A stretch of DNA of 39,441 nt from a bacterium (GCA_043718245.1 JAYSWB010000042.1:1-39441); one strand, 5' to 3'. Positions 9,650 to 20,651 are shown, counted from the stretch's first letter. Notes: generated by a model from the letters alone, not told the origin. A program made the numbers and translations.

Positions 9650-10600
9650 ATGCCAAATATTCTGTGGTCATTAAACGGAGACGCAGTTTCTTGTATAGAT
9701 AAGCTTTTATTATATTCCATTGTAAACAATGCGAGCGATATTCACATGGACATAGAAGGTGAGAGAGGCTATATCAAACTTCGTATAAATGGCAGGCTAT
9801 TTTATTACGGCGTCACTGACCTCTTTTTATATCTTGGTTTACTAGGAATAATTAAATCCCGTGCCCACTTGCGAATTGATGTCCATGATCGTGGGCAAGA
9901 TGGTTCCTTTGTTTTCTTTTATAAAAACAAAATCTTTATTCGAGTTTCTATCAATCCGACAGTGCATGGTGAAGCAGTTGTTATGAGAATAGTAAACCCG
10001 AATATTAATAGACTAAAAAATTTAGATGATCTAGGTATGGATAATGAACTTATTACGCGAATTCGAGAGTATACCGATCTTGAAAACTCTTTAATATTAG
10101 TTTCAGGTGCCACTGGTTCTGGAAAAACTACCACAATGTATTCTATGATGGCTGAAATCAATCCAGAGTCTGTTGTAATAATCTCGCTTGAAGAGCCGGT
10201 CGAGAAACATATTCCTAATGTCAGACAAGTTTCTATAAAAAACGCTTTTGGTTATGCCGATGCCTTGCGGGTCGCTTTGAGACAGGATCCAGATGTCATA
10301 GTTATTGGTGAAATACGTGATAGGGAAACTGCCCAGATTGCTATAGAGGCTGCACTTACAGGGCATTTAATTATAGCTGGGGTTCACGGGCGTGACCCGG
10401 TCGATGTAATTTCACGGTTAAAAAATTTAGGTGTAGACGAGTTTTTAATTTCGCAAACACTCTCATTGTCGATACATCAGAAAATGATTTACGGCGAGGT
10501 TGGAATGAGAGTGCAATTTTCGTACCTAGATTTTTTCAAGAACAGTGAAGGCGATTTTTTAAAACTAAAGAAACAAATTAAATATGTCAAAACGAACTGA
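9650..10600 (+). CDS. GspE/PilB-family pilus assembly ATPase (short form)
   Basis: ASDIHMD, Walker A GATGSGKTT, ALRQDPDVIVIGEIRD and the LTGH His box. Confidence 0.85.
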   Translation: MPNILWSLNGDAVSCIDKLLLYSIVNNASDIHMDIEGERGYIKLRINGRLFYYGVTDLFLYLGLLGIIKSRAHLRIDVHDRGQDGSFVFFYKNKIFIRVSINPTVHGEAVVMRIVNPNINRLKNLDDLGMDNELITRIREYTDLENSLILVSGATGSGKTTTMYSMMAEINPESVVIISLEEPVEKHIPNVRQVSIKNAFGYADALRVALRQDPDVIVIGEIRDRETAQIAIEAALTGHLIIAGVHGRDPVDVISRLKNLGVDEFLISQTLSLSIHQKMIYGEVGMRVQFSYLDFFKNSEGDFLKLKKQIKYVKTN

Positions 10601-11615
10601 AATTATTTACATTCTTGAAAATTTACATTTTCTCTTGGATTCGGGGATATCGCTCATGGGGTGTCTGGACATACTTTCAAAGAGAAATGGCAATCACAGG
10701 ATTTTAAAGATAAAAGATAATATAGAACAAGGAAAAACATTTAGAGAAGCTTTACTTGTCTCATATAACTATAAAATTCCACATATGATGAACATGTTTA
10801 TTCAAATTGGTGAAGCGTGTGGGAATCTTAGCGCAATGCTTGTAAAAGCAATTGAGACAGATGGGCAAGTAAGAAAAATAAACAGTTCTTTCATAGGGGC
10901 GCTTTCTTACCCATTGTTTATTTGTGCGGTGGCACTTGTCATGATACTTCTAACAATGATAGGAATTATTCCAAAATTGGTCCCAATGTTTCGGGATTTA
11001 CATGTCGAGCTACCGATCTATACAAAGTTTTTTATGGCCAGTTCGGATTTGATCATTCGATATGGAGTTTATGCTTTAATGGTTTTTTGCTTTGTGAGTG
11101 TCTCGGTCGTTTTATTTTTTAGAAAATCACAAAGTTTTAGAATAAAAATAGAGAACTTAATTTTAAGGGTGTGGGGGATTAAGTCGCTATATGTGCGCTA
11201 CCACACCTCAATTATCGCTCTATGTATTTCAGAATACCTTCGCTCGGGATACGCTTTCCATGATGCTATAAAAATGGTTGGTGTATCTGGGAATTCTTAC
11301 ACATACAAGGAGGCTTGCAGGGCGATATCTTCTGATTTACAAAATGGTAAAACCTTATTGGACGCGATAGAGCTTCATAAAACGATTTTGCCGGATTGGT
11401 CACAAGTCTTGGATCTGGCCAGTCAAACAGGGAGACTCCAAGATCAATTTCAGAGGTTTTACTTAGAAAATTTAAGATATTTAGAAAAAGTAAACATTCA
11501 TATTAAAAGATGGTCAGAGCCTGCGCTTATGCTCTTTATAGGAGGGATTATTGCAGTTTTTGCCGTGTCGATCATTAGTCCTATATATAGTGTTGTCCAA
11601 AATGTACGAATATAA
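10584..11615 (+). CDS. pilC: type II secretion F / PilC platform protein
   Basis: Polytopic protein of 343 aa immediately after the ATPase, overlapping it by 17 nt. GspF-like repeat architecture. Confidence 0.8.
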   Translation: MSKRTEIIYILENLHFLLDSGISLMGCLDILSKRNGNHRILKIKDNIEQGKTFREALLVSYNYKIPHMMNMFIQIGEACGNLSAMLVKAIETDGQVRKINSSFIGALSYPLFICAVALVMILLTMIGIIPKLVPMFRDLHVELPIYTKFFMASSDLIIRYGVYALMVFCFVSVSVVLFFRKSQSFRIKIENLILRVWGIKSLYVRYHTSIIALCISEYLRSGYAFHDAIKMVGVSGNSYTYKEACRAISSDLQNGKTLLDAIELHKTILPDWSQVLDLASQTGRLQDQFQRFYLENLRYLEKVNIHIKRWSEPALMLFIGGIIAVFAVSIISPIYSVVQNVRI

Positions 11616-11973
11616 AAAAGGTTTCACTCTGATTGAGGTTATATTGGTTGTGGGCATGATGGTCACAATGTTTTCAATGGCTATTGGGACTTTGAGCTCC
11701 TTTTCAAATATAAATAAAAAATATATTGAAAAGGACTTTAATGAGACTAGAAGCCTCTTTGAACAAGTGAAATATTTAAAGTTTTTAGGAGAGCAAGACT
11801 TTACCATCGAATGTAACGCTGGAAAAGTAAGTTTGTCACTAGATAATAAAATTATAAGTGAAAAGCACTTCAGTACTCTTTCATGTGACGGGAGCTTAAT
11901 GTTTTCAAGCGGGTCGTCGACATTTGAAGCAAAGATAAATCAATATGGATATGTCACATTCGAAAGGATTTAG
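11602..11973 (+). CDS. prepilin-type N-terminal cleavage/methylation domain protein (small pilin)
   Basis: MYEYKKGFTLIEVILVV has the class III signal (G|F...E5). Start moved to ATG 11602, overlapping the pilC stop. Confidence 0.75.
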   Translation: MYEYKKGFTLIEVILVVGMMVTMFSMAIGTLSSFSNINKKYIEKDFNETRSLFEQVKYLKFLGEQDFTIECNAGKVSLSLDNKIISEKHFSTLSCDGSLMFSSGSSTFEAKINQYGYVTFERI

Positions 11974-13159
11974 TTTTATAGAAATAATTTTGGTTTTAGC
12001 GATCTCTTCTGTCGTGATTTTGATATTCGTTCAAAATATAAATTTGTCTCAAAAGTTTTCAAACACCAATCCTCAAAGTATCTTTGTAGAAGATGACAAG
12101 CACATATTTGGTCGAGGGCTGTATGCTACTTCACATTTTGTTTTTGCAAATTTACCAGACAGTTTAGGAAAAAGAAATTGTTCTATAGATACCTTGGAAG
12201 AATTCAGTAATACTAGCATTCCACCTTATCAAGGCTTAGATGACGGGGAAGTGGTGGCTATGTATTTACTCGGGGATACATTACTAGCTGGTATGGACTC
12301 GGCTACTTCCTCTGACCCCGATCTTATAATTCTAGATACTAAAAATTGGAATGTTGTTTCAAGGTTGAATACTGGTCCTGGTATTGCAGGGATGGCGCTC
12401 CAAGGCCACTATTTATATCTGGCTAACACCAGTGTAAACTCTCAGTTTCAGGTAGTTGATATATCAAACATATCGGCACCATATTTGCTCGCCAGCTTGA
12501 AAATTCCTGGTAGCTTGTCGTCTAATCCAAAGCTTAATCCTAAGGCCACTTCTATATCATCAAATATTACAAATGAAGGAAAATCTAGAATTTTTTTAGG
12601 AACAGAGAAATCAGATCTAGGTGAAATATTTGTTGCTGATTTTAATGGATCAAGTTTTTCTTTTGTGAACTCTTATTATGCTGGGTCAATTGTAAATGAC
12701 GTATTTGCAGATGGTTCAGGGCTTTGGGCTACTAGTCCTTCTGATGACGAGCTATATCACTATAATGCAAGCGGCACCAAGGATTATGTATTTAATGCAA
12801 ATGGCCAATCAGGAAATGGCAAGAGAATTGACATGCTAGGTCAGGATTTTAAAATACTCGGACGAACTTTTGGGCATGAAGAACTAGTTCAAATTGATGG
12901 ACCATCGCAAAGAGTAGGTGGATCTATCAAGGATCTATTAATAAACATGGATTCAAACGGAAAAATACAAGTTTTAATTTTAGCAAGTATTAAAGGAGAG
13001 GCTGTTCTTCAAGTTTGGGACTCTGTCGACGCAAAATTAAATAAACTAATAAAGTCAATCATTTTGGAGGTTCAATCAAATAGGCTTGCATGCGGAGAAA
13101 ATTCTGTTTTTATTGGAACGGCAAGTTCGACTTTGCCATTTATTATTTTTACACCATGA
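11945..13159 (+). CDS. pilin-like protein with a beta-propeller (LVIVD-like repeat) body
   Basis: SKGFSFIEIILVLAI prepilin signal. Repeated segments such as GHYLYLANTSVNSQFQVVDISNISAPYLLASL and DPDLIILDTKNWNVV. Confidence 0.75.
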   Translation: MDMSHSKGFSFIEIILVLAISSVVILIFVQNINLSQKFSNTNPQSIFVEDDKHIFGRGLYATSHFVFANLPDSLGKRNCSIDTLEEFSNTSIPPYQGLDDGEVVAMYLLGDTLLAGMDSATSSDPDLIILDTKNWNVVSRLNTGPGIAGMALQGHYLYLANTSVNSQFQVVDISNISAPYLLASLKIPGSLSSNPKLNPKATSISSNITNEGKSRIFLGTEKSDLGEIFVADFNGSSFSFVNSYYAGSIVNDVFADGSGLWATSPSDDELYHYNASGTKDYVFNANGQSGNGKRIDMLGQDFKILGRTFGHEELVQIDGPSQRVGGSIKDLLINMDSNGKIQVLILASIKGEAVLQVWDSVDAKLNKLIKSIILEVQSNRLACGENSVFIGTASSTLPFIIFTP

Positions 13160-13590
13160 CCAAAAAAAGAGGATTCACTTTGATTGAAGTTCTAATATCA
13201 CTTGGTATTTTTGCCTACGTTTTTTCATCACTTATGATTCTATTTTTTCAATTTTCAAAGAACACCACTGGTGAAGAAAAGTGTTCTCCATTCACACTTA
13301 TCTTGATCCAAAAAATTCTTACTGAAGATATGATGATGCAAGTGACCTCAACAACAAAGATGGTTCTATTTGATAGTGAGACTCTATGGGCCGAATCAAA
13401 TGCACTATATCTTTTTAAAAACACAAAAGAGGATGAATTTTTAAGAAATAAGAATGATTTTCAGCTTGATTCTTGTGACGTATCATTTTATATAAACTCC
13501 AATATTACGGCACCACTCCTTAATACTTCAAAATGCTTAGATTTTCAATATAAAAGAGGCTCTTCACAAACTATATGTGCTTTAAAATGA
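13156..13590 (+). CDS. prepilin-type pseudopilin
   Basis: MTKKRGFTLIEVLISLGIF signal. The ATG overlaps the previous stop (ATGA). Confidence 0.7.
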   Translation: MTKKRGFTLIEVLISLGIFAYVFSSLMILFFQFSKNTTGEEKCSPFTLILIQKILTEDMMMQVTSTTKMVLFDSETLWAESNALYLFKNTKEDEFLRNKNDFQLDSCDVSFYINSNITAPLLNTSKCLDFQYKRGSSQTICALK

Positions 13591-13605
13591 ATGTGCTAAA
13601 ATATA

Positions 13606-14475
13606 TTGGATATGATTCCCAGCACTCCAAATAATAGAAGGTACACCACACCATTTGGAAGCGGTCCCTCTACATCTACGAGCACCTCGTATTCAACTGG
13701 CCATCCTATGAATAATTCGGCAGACCTGGCACGCGAGCATGGAAGCGCAAATGAAGTTAATTCAGCAGAGCAATTACGAATGCAGCATCTCAAGGATCAG
13801 ATGAAACGCAGTCAAAATGAAATTGCAAAGACTCAGTTCCATGAAAAGGAGAGAAAACTTGAGTTGTTGAATCAAGATAGGAGGGCGCTTGAATCTGAGA
13901 TTCGGAGACTTGAATCCGAATCTGTGAAGCTTCATGTTGAATTAACCGCAACGGAAAGAAGAGTCAATGAGGGGGATGATGTTGCAAAAAAAGCAAAAGA
14001 CGAAATTAGGAAAATAGAACTAGAAATCACTGAGGCACAAAGGAAGAATTTAGAAACGAGCAAAAAATCGCAAAACCAAGCTACGCATTTAAATTTGATA
14101 CGATCTGACGTTCAGCGTCTTACTGATTTAATCAGGAGTCTTGAACTTCAAGTAACTAATGCCAAGCGAGATTTGGATGCCAAAAATCATGAGGTTACAC
14201 GTATTGCAGGAGAAATTTCTAAGTCTAGCGAAGATGCTCGATCTGCTAGCGAAGCTCTCATGCAGCAGAAAAAGATAACAGATCAAAAAAATCAAGAAAT
14301 AAAGGAACATGAAGCAAAGAAGGCGTTGACAAGTAAAGAAGAGGTAAACAAAAGGCGAGCAATAGAAGAATTGGAAACAAAAAAGCGAAACGACCAGGTT
14401 CAATTAGAAAAAGTAAAACGTGAAGTTGTTACTTTGGAAAATGAGATGAGATCTTTATCTACAAAGATGAAATAA
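13606..14475 (+). CDS. coiled-coil protein with a Ser/Thr-rich N-terminus
   Basis: 289-aa ORF with heptad-like, charged E/K/R/L-rich sequence throughout. No family recognised. Confidence 0.6.
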   Translation: MDMIPSTPNNRRYTTPFGSGPSTSTSTSYSTGHPMNNSADLAREHGSANEVNSAEQLRMQHLKDQMKRSQNEIAKTQFHEKERKLELLNQDRRALESEIRRLESESVKLHVELTATERRVNEGDDVAKKAKDEIRKIELEITEAQRKNLETSKKSQNQATHLNLIRSDVQRLTDLIRSLELQVTNAKRDLDAKNHEVTRIAGEISKSSEDARSASEALMQQKKITDQKNQEIKEHEAKKALTSKEEVNKRRAIEELETKKRNDQVQLEKVKREVVTLENEMRSLSTKMK

Positions 14476-15958
14476 TCAAGCTGTTGCCTAGCATGAAATC
14501 AGGTTTTTGAATTTCCATAAGCTCTAGAATTGTAGGTGTGATGTCTGCCAAACTCCCATCATTTTTAAGATCAATATTTTGTTTTGTCACAATCGCGGGT
14601 ACCGGGTTAATCGTATGAGCAGTGTGCTTTACCCCTGTTTGTTGATCGATGTTTACTTCGGCATTTCCATGATCTGCGGTAATAAATGCAACTCCACCTT
14701 TCGAAAGAAGAGCTTCAACTACGCGACCCAGCTGTAAATCTACTTCCTCAACAGCCTCGACAATGGCAGGAACATTTGCCGTATGCCCAACCATGTCAGG
14801 ATTTGCCCAATTTATAAAAATAAAATTTGTACCATTGTTGATGTGTTCGATCGCTTTGTCAGCAATAGCCTCAGCTCGCATTTTTGGTGCTTGATCGTGT
14901 GTCTGTACGTCCTTTCTGCTTTGAAGAAGTTCGTGTGATTCTCCTGGGTAAGGATTTTCTACGCCACCGTTTAGAAAATATGTTGCGTGCGGGAACTTTT
15001 CAGTTTCAGCGATGTGGGCTTGAGTGTAACCTTTTAATGAAATTTCTTTTGCCAAAGTGGTTTCAATACTAACAGAAGGGAAGGCGACCAATGTGTCATA
15101 TTCTGTTCCATATGAAGTAAGTGTTGCAAATAGAATATCTTTTTTCTCCATAATTTTCTTGGAAAGCATGCGAGCACGATCTGCACGAAAGTTGAAAAAG
15201 AAAACCGCATCATTTTTTGAAATCTTTTCTGCCTTTTGGAGCACGATAGGTTCCAAATGCTCATCTAATTTTCCTTCTTTATATAGGTTTTCAAGAAAAT
15301 CCGATGGCTTTATTTCACAAATGTTTCCATTAGACTCGAAAAGTGCTTTTTCTACCCTCGATAATCTATCCCAATTGTTATCGCGATCCATAGCAAAAAA
15401 TCTGCCAGAAACTGTAGCGATGAAGGCCATTGGAATTTCCTGGAGAACTTCTTCCAAATCTTTAATGTATTTTGAAGCACTTTGGGGTGGGGTATCACGA
15501 CCGTCGGTAAATATGTGAATGGCAACTTTTCTAATATTGTGTTTTTTAGCAGCTCTTAAAAATGCAAACAAGTGGTCGGAGTGCGCGTGAACACCTCCGT
15601 CACCAAGAAGTCCTTGAACATGTAGGGTGGAATTGTGTTTTTTAACGTGATCGAAGAGGGAAAGGAAAACAGGATTTTTTTCGAACTCACCAGATTGAAT
15701 TGCTTTTTTTATTCTGACGAGATCAGTATCGATGGCGCGACCTGCACCAATTGTAGTGTGACCGATTTCACTATTTCCCATTTGTCCTTCGGGAAGTCCA
15801 ACTGCTTCGCCAGAAGCTTCGAGTAATGTGTGAGGATAAGTTTTCCAATACCTATCAAAATTTGGAGTTTTAGCAGATGCGACTGCATTGTCTTTAGTTT
15901 CTTCGCGGTAACCCCAGCCGTCGAGGATGATGAGGAGGGTTTGAGTGGGTTTTTTCAT
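14459..15958 (-). CDS. gpmI: 2,3-bisphosphoglycerate-independent phosphoglycerate mutase
   Basis: LIILDGWG, MGNSEIGH, FTDGRDTPP and ADHGNAE motifs. Confidence 0.9.
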   Translation of the reverse strand: MKKPTQTLLIILDGWGYREETKDNAVASAKTPNFDRYWKTYPHTLLEASGEAVGLPEGQMGNSEIGHTTIGAGRAIDTDLVRIKKAIQSGEFEKNPVFLSLFDHVKKHNSTLHVQGLLGDGGVHAHSDHLFAFLRAAKKHNIRKVAIHIFTDGRDTPPQSASKYIKDLEEVLQEIPMAFIATVSGRFFAMDRDNNWDRLSRVEKALFESNGNICEIKPSDFLENLYKEGKLDEHLEPIVLQKAEKISKNDAVFFFNFRADRARMLSKKIMEKKDILFATLTSYGTEYDTLVAFPSVSIETTLAKEISLKGYTQAHIAETEKFPHATYFLNGGVENPYPGESHELLQSRKDVQTHDQAPKMRAEAIADKAIEHINNGTNFIFINWANPDMVGHTANVPAIVEAVEEVDLQLGRVVEALLSKGGVAFITADHGNAEVNIDQQTGVKHTAHTINPVPAIVTKQNIDLKNDGSLADITPTILELMEIQKPDFMLGNSLIISSL

Positions 15959-16004
15959 ATTGAATTGATATTTTAGCGTATTTTAGGGTAAAGGGGTAGG
16001 GTTG

Positions 16005-16033
16005 TTGACACATTTACATAACCGTGCTAATGT
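16005..16033 (+). promoter_or_regulatory. sigma70-type promoter with extended -10
   Basis: TTGACA (16005-16010), a 17-nt spacer, then TGcTAATGT (16025-16033). It points away from gpmI and antisense to eno. Confidence 0.5.
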
Positions 16034-16039
16034 ACTTGA

Positions 16040-16266
16040 CGCACCCCTTGGGCATACCAATAGATGGTCGACACAAATCGCCATTCGTATAAGGGACCCA
16101 AGTGATTGTCACTCTGGTGCAAGTACAAAACCCGTCACGCCGCTCGATTTAAGCTAATCACCGTAAGGTTCATCGACGGCCTGACACAACCCATGAGGGC
16201 ACATGACCAGAGCACCCCCGTGAAATGCCAAAGGGCGCGGATCCCCCATAATCCGCGCCCTTTTTT
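16040..16266 (+). ncRNA. candidate about 225-nt small RNA (family unknown)
   Basis: GC-rich segment with no ORF, bounded by the promoter above and a strong terminator. Has a 5'/3' closing helix and internal hairpins (16064-16084; 16112-16118 with 16205-16211). Confidence 0.45.
16232..16266. terminator. bidirectional intrinsic terminator
   Basis: GGGCGCGGA (16232-16240) / TCCGCGCCC (16251-16259) followed by TTTTTT. A-rich on the other side, 19 nt downstream of the eno stop. Confidence 0.75.
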
Positions 16267-16284
16267 CTTGCTTGATTTTTATAC

Positions 16285-17625
<1,341 letters not shown>

Positions 17626-17717
17626 TTAATATTAATAGGGGAAAATTGTAGCACGTTTTATAAAAACGAAAAACTTAACAATTGACAATGGGTACACAAA
17701 AAATGTAAAAATAACAC

Positions 17718-18674
17718 ATGTCAACCTTCTCCTGGCAACACCTCAAAAAACGTCCCCTCTACGTCCTCGCCCCAATGGCTGACGTAACCGACTGCGCCTT
17801 TCGCGCAATTATTGCCAAATACGGCAAACCTGACGTCACCTGGACCGAATTCGTTTCAGCAGACGGACTAATTCGCGCCACCCCCGAGGGAAAGAAAAAA
17901 TTACTAAAAGATTTAGACTACACCGAAGCAGAACGGCCCATCATTGCGCAATTATTTGGTTCAAATGTTGAAAATATGGAAAAAGCATCCATGTTATGTA
18001 AAGAACTTGGTTTCGATGGAATTGATTTAAACATGGGATGCCCCGATAAAAGTATTGAAAAACAAGGAGCAGGGGCGGGGATGATTAAAAATCCTGAAAA
18101 AGCAAAAGAAATAATTCGAGCTGCAATGAAAAGTGGCCTCCCAGTTTCTGTAAAAACTCGAATTGGTTACAACAAAAACGAATTGGATACTTGGCTACCT
18201 GCAATTTTAGAAACTAAACCTGCACTTGTAACCGTGCACGCACGAACCCGAAAGGAAATGTCCCTTGTGCCTGCGGACTGGAATCAAGTTAAAAGAGCTG
18301 TTGAAATTCGCAACCTACTTTCACCTGAAACTTTAATATTTGGAAATGGAGATGCTATATCGATTGAAGACGCAAAGCAAAAAGCAGAATTCTCTGGTGC
18401 AGATGGAGTGATGCTCGGACGTGCTATCTTTGGAACACCATGGTTATTTTCTAATGTAGTACCTGACTTACATAAACGCCTTGATATTATGGTTGAACAT
18501 ACAAAGTTGTTTGAAGAAAAGTTGGGCGGGATTAAAAACTTTGCCATAATGAAAAAACACTATAAAGCCTACGTAAGTGGTTTTGACGGAGCAAAAGAAT
18601 TGAGAGATCATCTAATGACGGCTGAAAATGCTACTGAGGTGGCAAAGATCGTAAACTCTTGGAAAAAGCTCTAG
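17718..18674 (+). CDS. dus: tRNA-dihydrouridine synthase
   Basis: LAPMADVTDCAFR, DLNMGCP and a TIM-barrel-length protein. Confidence 0.85.
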   Translation: MSTFSWQHLKKRPLYVLAPMADVTDCAFRAIIAKYGKPDVTWTEFVSADGLIRATPEGKKKLLKDLDYTEAERPIIAQLFGSNVENMEKASMLCKELGFDGIDLNMGCPDKSIEKQGAGAGMIKNPEKAKEIIRAAMKSGLPVSVKTRIGYNKNELDTWLPAILETKPALVTVHARTRKEMSLVPADWNQVKRAVEIRNLLSPETLIFGNGDAISIEDAKQKAEFSGADGVMLGRAIFGTPWLFSNVVPDLHKRLDIMVEHTKLFEEKLGGIKNFAIMKKHYKAYVSGFDGAKELRDHLMTAENATEVAKIVNSWKKL

Positions 18675-18773
18675 AATATAAACTTGCATTTTGTGTGAAT
18701 CTATGGTATTATACTGTTAATAAACAATTACCCAAAAATCCACATTTTACTATATAATAAAACTATAAAACAC

Positions 18774-19652
18774 ATGCAATTCAATCTAAAATTAAGTAAG
18801 GCATTATTGATGATAATTACAACTTTTGTTGTTGTGGTTCTTCCTACTAGCCTGTATGCAGGTACTGGTGGAAAGGATAGTACTTTTATAGATAGTGATT
18901 ATTCTTATCCATCTTATGGAAGTGATACTTCTGATAATTACGGGTATGCGCTTTCTTCGTATGGAGAAGATACTTCTGATAATTACGGATATGCACTATC
19001 TTCTAGTCCTGTGTACTCTAGTAATAGCTACTCCTCAACCCCAATGTATTCAACTCGGTATACTTCAAGCGGTTCAAGTAATAGTAACTGTTGCAACACT
19101 TCAAGTTATGGTTCAAAGTATGCATACAAACTGTCCCAATACCCTTCAGGATATGGGGCTTCGACCGGTGCTGAAAATTATTATTTTGTTCCGGTTTCAA
19201 GATATTCGTACAATCTCTCTCAGTACCCTGCTGGAAATTCAGCAAGTGCTGACAACAGCGGTTCATACTTTTTTAATCCCGTACCAAGATATAGCTATGA
19301 TGTATCTCAATACTCCGCAGGAACAGGTGCTGCGACTACAACTGTAGCAGGCGCCCCTGTCCCAGGCTACACTGCTAACACACAGGCTTATCCTGGAGGA
19401 TCAGGTGCTTCTAATATGAACAACAATTATGCACGTGTTCCGGGCTTTTCTTCAAACGCAAATTATAATAGTAATTATAATGATAATTACTATACACCTC
19501 CCGCTCCCGGCTATACTAGTAACTACACAAGTACAGGTTTTAATTCGAACACTAATTACAATTCAAACTATAACAACAGTGGTGGCTTCATCATCACAGG
19601 AAGCGGAAACAATACCGGTCCCGGATCATTTGTGATTACATCATCACGCTAA
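18774..19652 (+). CDS. secreted Ser/Tyr/Asn/Gly-rich low-complexity repeat protein
   Basis: N-terminal signal/TM segment, nested repeats (DTSDNYGYALSS x2; RYSY-LSQYPAG x3), and NYNSNYN tracts. Confidence 0.7.
   Translation: MQFNLKLSKALLMIITTFVVVVLPTSLYAGTGGKDSTFIDSDYSYPSYGSDTSDNYGYALSSYGEDTSDNYGYALSSSPVYSSNSYSSTPMYSTRYTSSGSSNSNCCNTSSYGSKYAYKLSQYPSGYGASTGAENYYFVPVSRYSYNLSQYPAGNSASADNSGSYFFNPVPRYSYDVSQYSAGTGAATTTVAGAPVPGYTANTQAYPGGSGASNMNNNYARVPGFSSNANYNSNYNDNYYTPPAPGYTSNYTSTGFNSNTNYNSNYNNSGGFIITGSGNNTGPGSFVITSSR
18924..19013 (+). repeat. 2 x 45-bp tandem repeat inside the CDS
   Basis: GATACTTCTGATAATTACGG starts at 18924 and again at 18969. The copies differ at a few positions. Confidence 0.8.
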
Positions 19653-19681
19653 ATTTATCTGTATGATATAATCGGTTTAAT

Positions 19682-20638
19682 ATGACCGATCATACGACTC
19701 TGTACCGGAAATACCGACCTCTTTCATTTGACCAAGTATTAGGACAAGACCACATCGTGTCGGTTTTAAAACAGTCATTGGATCGACCATCTCACGCATA
19801 TTTATTCAGTGGTTCAAGAGGTGTTGGAAAAACCAGTATTGCGAGAATCTTTGCGAGGGAGCTCGGAACCTCGGATAACGATATCTACGAAATGGACGCC
19901 GCCTCAAATACTGGGGTTGATAATATGAGAGAGTTATCAGAAGCCGCTAATACTTTACCTTTTGATTCAAAATATAAAGTTTATATTTTGGACGAAGTGC
20001 ACATGCTTTCAAAATCAGCTTTTAATGCGTTCCTAAAAACCTTAGAAGAACCACCACGTCACGTTATTTTCATACTTGCGACAACTGAAACAAACAAAGT
20101 TCCAGAAACGGTTATTTCCCGTTGTCAGCATTTTGCATTCAAAACTCCGTCGGTTGAGGTGCTAAGGGAGAGTATTTTACATGTATCTAAAGCTGAAAAA
20201 ATTAAAATTGAAAAAGAGGCAATTGATCTCATTGCAGTTTTGGGTGACGGATCGTTTAGAGATACTTTGGGGTTGTTGCAAAAAGTTTCTACCAGTGGAG
20301 AAATTACACGCGAAGCAGTAGAGAAAATTACAGGATCACCTCGTCATGTTTTGATTGCGGAATTTGTCGATGGATTACTTCATAAAAAAGCGGTGGTGGC
20401 ATTAGATGCACTTGAAAAAGCTGGAAGTAATAATGCAAATTTGACCATCTTTACTGACCTTGCGTTAATGGAGGTGAGGAATGTGATTATTGGTAATATT
20501 CGAAAGGGGACTGAGGGGGTTTTACCGATTCATTTGAGGAAAGTCTTGGCGTCGCTTCTTAATGCGAGAGCGAGGATTGATTCGTCATCAATTCAGAGTT
20601 TGCCGCTTGAGCTTGCGATTTTGGAGACGAGTGAGTAG
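19682..20638 (+). CDS. dnaX: DNA polymerase III gamma/tau subunit (short, ATPase core only)
   Basis: YRPLSFDQVLGQ, GSRGVGKTS, ILDEVHMLS, ILATTE and SRCQ motifs. Confidence 0.85.
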   Translation: MTDHTTLYRKYRPLSFDQVLGQDHIVSVLKQSLDRPSHAYLFSGSRGVGKTSIARIFARELGTSDNDIYEMDAASNTGVDNMRELSEAANTLPFDSKYKVYILDEVHMLSKSAFNAFLKTLEEPPRHVIFILATTETNKVPETVISRCQHFAFKTPSVEVLRESILHVSKAEKIKIEKEAIDLIAVLGDGSFRDTLGLLQKVSTSGEITREAVEKITGSPRHVLIAEFVDGLLHKKAVVALDALEKAGSNNANLTIFTDLALMEVRNVIIGNIRKGTEGVLPIHLRKVLASLLNARARIDSSSIQSLPLELAILETSE

Positions 20639-20651
20639 AATGCACAGTTAT

